64,000 nucleotides of DNA, taken from NCBI RefSeq assembly GCF_016433145.1, contig NC_058130.1:2547715-2611714 (forward strand), in the 5' to 3' direction. Position 1 is the first letter of the stretch; each line of letters begins with the position of its first letter. The DNA is from Gracilinanus agilis (taxonomy: Eukaryota). A program made the translations under genes and the position numbers. The notes under the pieces are model-generated. The model had not been told where the DNA came from. It searched no databases and saw only the letters and a list, made by a program, of their open reading frames with translations. Shown here piece after piece: positions 58,301 to 64,000 of the stretch.

Positions 58301-59949
58301 AGGGGAAGGAGGGCACCAGCCCAGGGAGCGCAGGGGCAGAGCCTCACGGGAGTCTTAGAGGGACGGGCTGGGTGGTGGCAGAATACAGTGAGGGGGCCTG
58401 GGGGGCAGAGCTCCCACTCTGGAATGCTGCCAGGCCAGGCTCTTTGTCCGGGACTAGTCAGGGAATTCCTGCCCAGGTTGGCCCACGAGCCTCGTGCCCT
58501 GACATTAGGAGCCAAGGGCGCAGGAGAGACCAGGAAGGGCCCAGGCAGCGGCCGTCCAGTGACGGTCAGAGACACGGTCTGGGGAGGCCTGGAGAGGCAG
58601 GGCTTGGGGGCACCCCAGTGGGAAAAGGAGGGCGGCCACCTTGTGGAGAGACGGTCCCCGAGAGGAGGAGGAGACCAGGAGGAAGGCCCCAGCGCCCCCA
58701 AACAGCATCTCCTGGCACCTCCCAGAGGCCTCTGCTCCACAGACCCTGGGCAGAAGGAGCTTCCTGGACCCCGTGCCCAAGGCTCCCCTGCTCATCCACA
58801 GGGATAGCTCGGCTCATTCAAGAAATGCGGGAGAGACCCAGGCCTCGAACCCACAGCCCCCACCTGGCCTTCTGGAAATCAGGACCTTCCTCACAGGGAA
58901 AGGGGGGGCGGGAGAATAAGGGGCAGCCTCAGGCCCAGCCCTAGCCAGCAAGGCGGACCGAGAATGGTGCCCTGGATTAGCCAGGGGCGTCCTGGCTCCA
59001 CTGGAGGGAGGTAGAGAGAGCAGACAGACAGACAGACGGAGAGACAGAGGCAGAGACAGGGAGAAAGAGAAAGCCGTAATCAGAGACGGCTCCACCTGGC
59101 CCACACTGGCCCCCGCTACATAAACTTCATCCCCAGAAATGCCAGCCGTCGTCCTCCCGTAGCCCTGGGGATGTCCATCCTGTTGCCTGGCCAGCTCTTT
59201 GCCTGCCTTCTAGGACAGGCCAAGGCTCGGGACTGCAGCAGCTCAGCCCCCACAGGTCCCCCCTGAACCCCAGGAGGCCGTCCCCCATGAAGCCCGGGAG
59301 GGGTGGTGGCGGCTCGGCAGGCAGGGAGGCCGAGCAAGACGGGGACGTCGCCATCCATGGGCGCCGCGAGGATCCTTCTCCAGCTGCCTCCTGCCCAAAT
59401 GGCAGCCGTCTCCGGCCCCTGCACTGGGCTTCCCAGATGCAGGGAGAGCCTTCTGGCTGGAGGGCCAGACAGGCAGACCGCAGTGGGCACTTAGTAAGTG
59501 GAGGCTGGAGAAGTCCAGGGAGTGTCGTGAATCAAACTCCCAATTCCCCTGCTGCGAGTGGCACCTGCCTAGAGTGGACCCCAGAGCTGAGGGGATCACT
59601 GGACCGGCACCGAGGCAGACGCTTTGGGCTGGGAGCTGCTCTCCAGACAAGCTCTCAGCTGGGAGGGGGACAAGGAGTGGGCAAAGGCAGGGCCAGACCC
59701 ATCTCTTGGGGAGGTGGCGCTGATGGTCAGGGAACAGCTTCCAGGATGGAGGCCCTAGAGGACACCCTTAAGCTCCGGCATGGTCAGCAGGCACAGGAGC
59801 TGGCAGAGGCCACTCTGGTCCAGCTGAAACGTGACCTTTCCATCTCTCCCTTTCCTTGGGCATCGACTTCCCCAGGTCGAAGTCTGTTGTAGAGGAGGCC
59901 AAACTAGCAGGAGCCAGGAGGCTGTGGGCCCCTCTCCCAGCACCAGGAG

Positions 59950-62900
59950 CCATCTTGGGCCTTCTTTCATGCTTCCCCTTATTCTAACACTATTTGGGAA
60001 TGGATTGAAGGGGCTCGAGGGGTTCTTCTAGCGTCCCAGTACTGTCTGACTGAGGACTCCCCTTTCCCAGAAGGCCCTGAGCCTGTGTCTGGGAGGCCGA
60101 GCCCAGACCCTCTCCCTACAGCTCTTTGGGGACTCTGATGGATTAGGAAGCAATGCAGTTGGTTTCTGAAGATTGGTTGTGTGGCCGACCGTCACCCAGC
60201 TGGGAATTATCTTGGCCAGTGTGTTTGCCGATTCCCTGGGATTTCCCAAGTACACCATCATAATGTCCGGAAATAGAATTTGTCTCCCGTTTATCCATCT
60301 CGGTGCTTTGAATGTCCTTCTCTCACCTTACTGCTCTGGCTAGCATTCCCAGAACTGCATTGAACGATGCGGGGGAGAGCAGGATGCCTTTGCTTTACCC
60401 CTGCATGTACTGGGAAAGGTTCTAATGTGTCCTCTTGGGTGCAGGCTGGTTTTCGGCTTTAGGCAGATACTTTTTAGGATGTTGAAGAAGGGTCTCTCCG
60501 AGCCTCCACTTCGGAGGGGTTTTAGCACGAATGAGTGCCCTACATTGGCCAAGGTCTTATCTGCCTCGGGTGAGATATGTGTGTGATGGCAGATGTTTTT
60601 GTTTTTAACGGGATTCACTGTTTTCCCCATGTGGAGCCATCCTTCCATCCCTGGTACAAATCCCACTTGGTCCCAATGAATGCTTTCTTGGAGAATGGCT
60701 GTAGGCTAGTCGGCAGCATTTTGTCTGTAACGCTCCAACGTGTATTCGTGAGTGATTCTGGGCCGTGATTTTCCCTTTGTAAGAATCTTCCCTTGACTGA
60801 AGTAGTAGCTCTAGGCTTGTCCTATAGGAGGATTTTTTTCTTTCTTTCTCAGTTTTGAGAATAAGCGTGGTTGATTCTCGAGTGGCTCGATGAGGATGAG
60901 GAGTCCCCCTCTTCCCTTGGTGTTTCCTTTTCAGCTAGACCTTTTCTGTGACGGAGTTATTTGAGAGACTTTTTGGTCTTCTCAGTTTGGAAAGTTTACT
61001 CTTTGGAGGTCTGCCTCCACGTTGTGTGTGTGCTCTCGTTTTGTTGCCAAACAACCGGATGTACTAAGTTCTGATTATTCCTTGGATTTCTTCTAGCACT
61101 TCTTGCTCGTTTGCCATTTTACTGGTTTCATTTTCCAACCTCTTCTTTTTTTAGCTGAAGATGTATTCATTTTATTCATCTTTCCAAAGCACCAGCTTCT
61201 TGTTTTATTTATTATCTTTGTTTCCTGTTTATTTTTCCTCTCATTTTTATCATCTGCTCTTTTGTGTTCATTTTAGGGTTGCTTACTGGTGACTTTCTAA
61301 TTCTTAAAATGTATATTGAATGCATTAATCGGCTCTTTTCCTAGCTTCTCTGTTTGTAGGGATGGGATTTTTCCTCTGGGGTCCACTTTAAATTCATCCC
61401 CGAAATTTTTGTATGTTTCATCATTATCATTTTCTTTCGCGTAATGATTCAGTTGTTTCACTGTTAAATATTCATCTGGGTCTGGGTCTCTGTGTGCATG
61501 GGTGCTCCCTAAGCCAATGACTACTTTATTCTGTAAAGGATATATTTGTTTTTCCTTTTTACATTTGTACTATTTCTCTGCCCAATATGTGGTCAAGTTG
61601 TGTTGAAGTTCTGTGTGCTGAGAAGTACGTGTATTCCCTCACAGTCCCATTTAGCAAACATCAGGAGCCACTTAGGTCTGGCTTCTCCAGTTCTTTACTT
61701 CCCCTTGTTTACCTTTCTGTTAGATTTGCCCCAAACGAGAGAGATACACAGAAATCTCCTGTCTGTCAGTCCTATTGAATCCATCTATATTTAACATTTT
61801 TCCCCTCTCTGTCTCCAACACGTTTTTCCAAATCAGGATTTCCCCTTTTCTGTCAAGGACACATTGCTATGTCTCTTCAATCATTTTAGCTCTGTCTATT
61901 CTGAGGTGGTCCCATTCCCACCAGTTCTTTTCCCCTCACCCTGAAGCGCCCCCATCCCTTTGGTTAGCCCAGGGATGGGCAAATGACTGCCCGCAAGCCA
62001 GATGCAGCCCCCTAAAATGTTCTATTGGGCTTCGCAACATGATTCCTAATCTGACGAATACGAGTGGGATACAATACAATGAAACTTCGAAGGAGTTGCC
62101 TTAGAAACAGACTGACAGAGGAGCGTTTCCTTTCCTTTGGCCCCTCTTTAAGAAGTTGGCCCAGCCCGGGGACCCTTTCCTTGGTTTTGGAGTTGGGTTT
62201 TTTGGTTCCTTCTTCCTTTTACATAGTTATTCGTTTAAGCAGACATGTAGAATCCTTCCACTCATTTTGTTCTTGGGTCGGGTTTGTCCGTTTCCTTTTC
62301 GGCCTTTTCTCAAAGCTTTTTCCTTCCCTCCTTTTCTTCGTTCTTGGTTTTCTCTTGCCATCCAGTCTAGACTTTCGTTCTTTGGCTGGTGGCCTCTTGG
62401 AGGTCGGCTCTCCCGTCCAGGGCCTGCTATTGCCTTGCCACTTCCTGCTCTGGCCCTTGGTAGGAATCCCTCTGGGCCCCTTCCCTGAGGCGGTGGCCGG
62501 AGTCTGGGGGCTCCCCTTCTCCCGAGGCAGGCCAAGCGGCCTCCCCAAGCACGTGACTCTTGTCCGTAGGAGCTTTCATCAGCGGCACCCCTCCCGCCCC
62601 TAAACAAGTTCCTTGGAGGCTCACTTCGCCCAAGGAATGCCTCGGGTTCCCTTTTCTTTGGCAACAGCAGCCTTTGGCTCGGAGGGGTCCATCACGATCG
62701 CTTGCTCTCCCCGTTTTGGCTCCCCCTCCCACTCTGCAAACCCTGATTCCACACCACCCTAGGGTGCTGGCGTGGGCGAGGTGGGGGTAGTCCCTGGCGT
62801 CTTTCTTCGCCCTCCCTGCCATCTGCCTTTTGTCTCCTCCCTGAGAAAGGCGGCTCTGGCATTCGAAGCCCTCCATCACCTCCCCCCCCTCCCTTCCTAG

Positions 62901-63250
62901 TGTTATGCCCCCCCCACACACACACATACACGTCTGTCCAGGGGCCCTGGTGGCTCGGCTCTGCCGTAAACAAGACCGTCGGCTGGGCATTCCTTGGCTG
63001 AGCCGGGGGCCCGGGCTCTCCTCTGCCCAGCTTCTCCAGGAAGCCTTCTCCCGCCCTCTCCATCCAGAGCCCTCCCGGCGCTCTTATTGCCTGTCGGGCC
63101 TGCCCACGGCCCGCTGCGGCCTCCCCTGCCGGGTGACGAGCTCCTCGAGGCCAGGGACGGCCTTTGGCTTCTTTGGGCGTCCCCCGACTTGGCGGAGTTC
63201 CCGGCACTCAGCGCCTATCGACCGACTAACTGAAGGCGCCTCCATGAGGG
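59950..63250 (-). mobile_element. Long degenerate LINE-1 (ORF1 remnant, EN, RT) antisense, interrupted by a MITE; approximate ends
   Basis: minus ORF 60340..60666 GFVPGMEGW...ISPEADKTL...LKPLRSGG resembles the L1 RT GFIPGMQGW...ISIDAEKAF...LKTLNKLG; EN-like antisense tract at about 61550-61700; faint ORF1 similarity at 62400-63250 (lower confidence). Confidence 0.7.
61970..62169 (-). mobile_element. Second copy of the same hAT MITE, opposite orientation
   Basis: reverse complement shares long blocks with 41840-42064 (aagaggggccaaaggaaaggaaa.gctcctctgtcagtctgtttctaaggca; gtcagattaggaat); TIRs degenerate; TSD not preserved. Confidence 0.85.
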
Positions 63251-64000
63251 ACGGAGGCCCCCGAGAGGCTCCCCCCACCTCCCAGGGAGCCGAGACACGC
63301 CGTAGGACCCAGGCCCAGCTAGGAATGAGAAGACATTTATTGAACCATCGACAGAAACGGGACGCCTCGGAGGGCCCGGCCGGCCGTACTGGCTGCTGAG
63401 CCAAGTTCATCGGGGAGTCGGGAGCAGGGCAGAGAGTTTGACATCGACACAGACAAGTGAGCTCCCCCCCCGGACCCCCAGCTCCCTGCCCCACCCCCAG
63501 CCAAAAGCTGGCTGCCCGAGATGGCCCCCACCCTCGTGGAAATCCCAACATACAAGACAGACAGCCACTGGACAGGACACAGGGTGCAGGAGCTGCGGGG
63601 TCCGGAGGCAGGGGGAGAGGGAGAAGAGACCCCCAGGGCAGTCCGGGCCATCGCGCCCAGCCCCGGGGTAGCCCCTCAGGTGATGGGGCTGCCCCCTCCC
63701 CGCCAGAGAGTAGTAGGAAGATATTCACAATGATGAGCCTGGGAAGGCCCCCAAGAGTCCCTGCCCCAGCCCGGGCCCTGGGTCCTCCCAAGGAGGGATC
63801 CTTCTAGCCCTCCCCCAAGGGGCTGCCTGGGCCTGGCGTGGGCTGGGGGGGCGCTTCTTTCTGGCCCGGCAGCTACCCAAGGCTGCTCGAGCACTGCCAA
63901 GGCTGGCACCTGGGCAGGTTCACCAGATCTTCTTCCAGGCCTCGGCCTAGCAGGCCGGACAGTAGTCTCCAACTGCATTTTACGGACGAGGAGACCGAGG

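Noticed and set aside
59116-59490. Minus ORF ending GGRRLAFLGMKFM, superficially like a neuropeptide precursor
   Set aside because: No signal peptide, no amidation Gly before the stop, no match to the tachykinin FxGLM motif, and no supporting exon structure.
55310-59900. Many 150-300 aa ORFs on both strands (e.g. 58063..58944, 55114..56004) as a new gene cluster
   Set aside because: They are low-complexity G/P/A/R-rich translations overlapping in several frames, as expected from stop-codon scarcity in GC-rich DNA. I found no recognisable domain or coherent splice chain.
9400-63250. Three antisense L1 fragments (3' ORF2, ORF1, EN-RT) as pieces of one shattered element
   Set aside because: They lie in different introns or intergenic DNA, separated by conserved colinear exons, and two of them both contain ORF1-like sequence; independent insertions are simpler.

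Overview
Vertebrate genomic DNA, almost certainly marsupial and probably the opossum Monodelphis domestica (inferred from SINE1_Mdo-type tRNA SINEs, marsupial-type L1 and a hAT MITE). It is GC-rich and has one 378-nt N gap (53838-54215). The gene order matches the conserved CENPP-NOL8-IARS1 block. The first three coding exons of CENPP lie on the minus strand, head-to-head with NOL8. NOL8 is complete (16 coding exons, 3501 nt, 1166 aa by manual assembly) and IARS1 is complete (1 non-coding plus 33 coding exons, 3774 nt, 1257 aa). An H/ACA snoRNA (SNORA84 orthologue) sits in IARS1 intron 1. All exon boundaries were traced by hand, and the splice phases close into uninterrupted reading frames. 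Protein and repeat identifications rest on recalled human and consensus sequences, not on database searches. I found no clear-cut new biological system. The best leads are: (i) a GC-AG intron directly followed by an AT-AC minor-spliceosome intron in NOL8, with an in-frame alternative acceptor that could bypass it; (ii) a 5'-intact, 3'-truncated, tail-less L1 flanked by a 14-bp direct repeat (internal-priming signature); (iii) strong, patchy AT-to-GC erosion of old L1/MITE copies and of IARS1 third codon positions, which may also explain the GC splice donors and a degenerate NOL8 polyA signal; (iv) a cyclin-A-like CDE/CHR element on the CENPP side of the bidirectional promoter.
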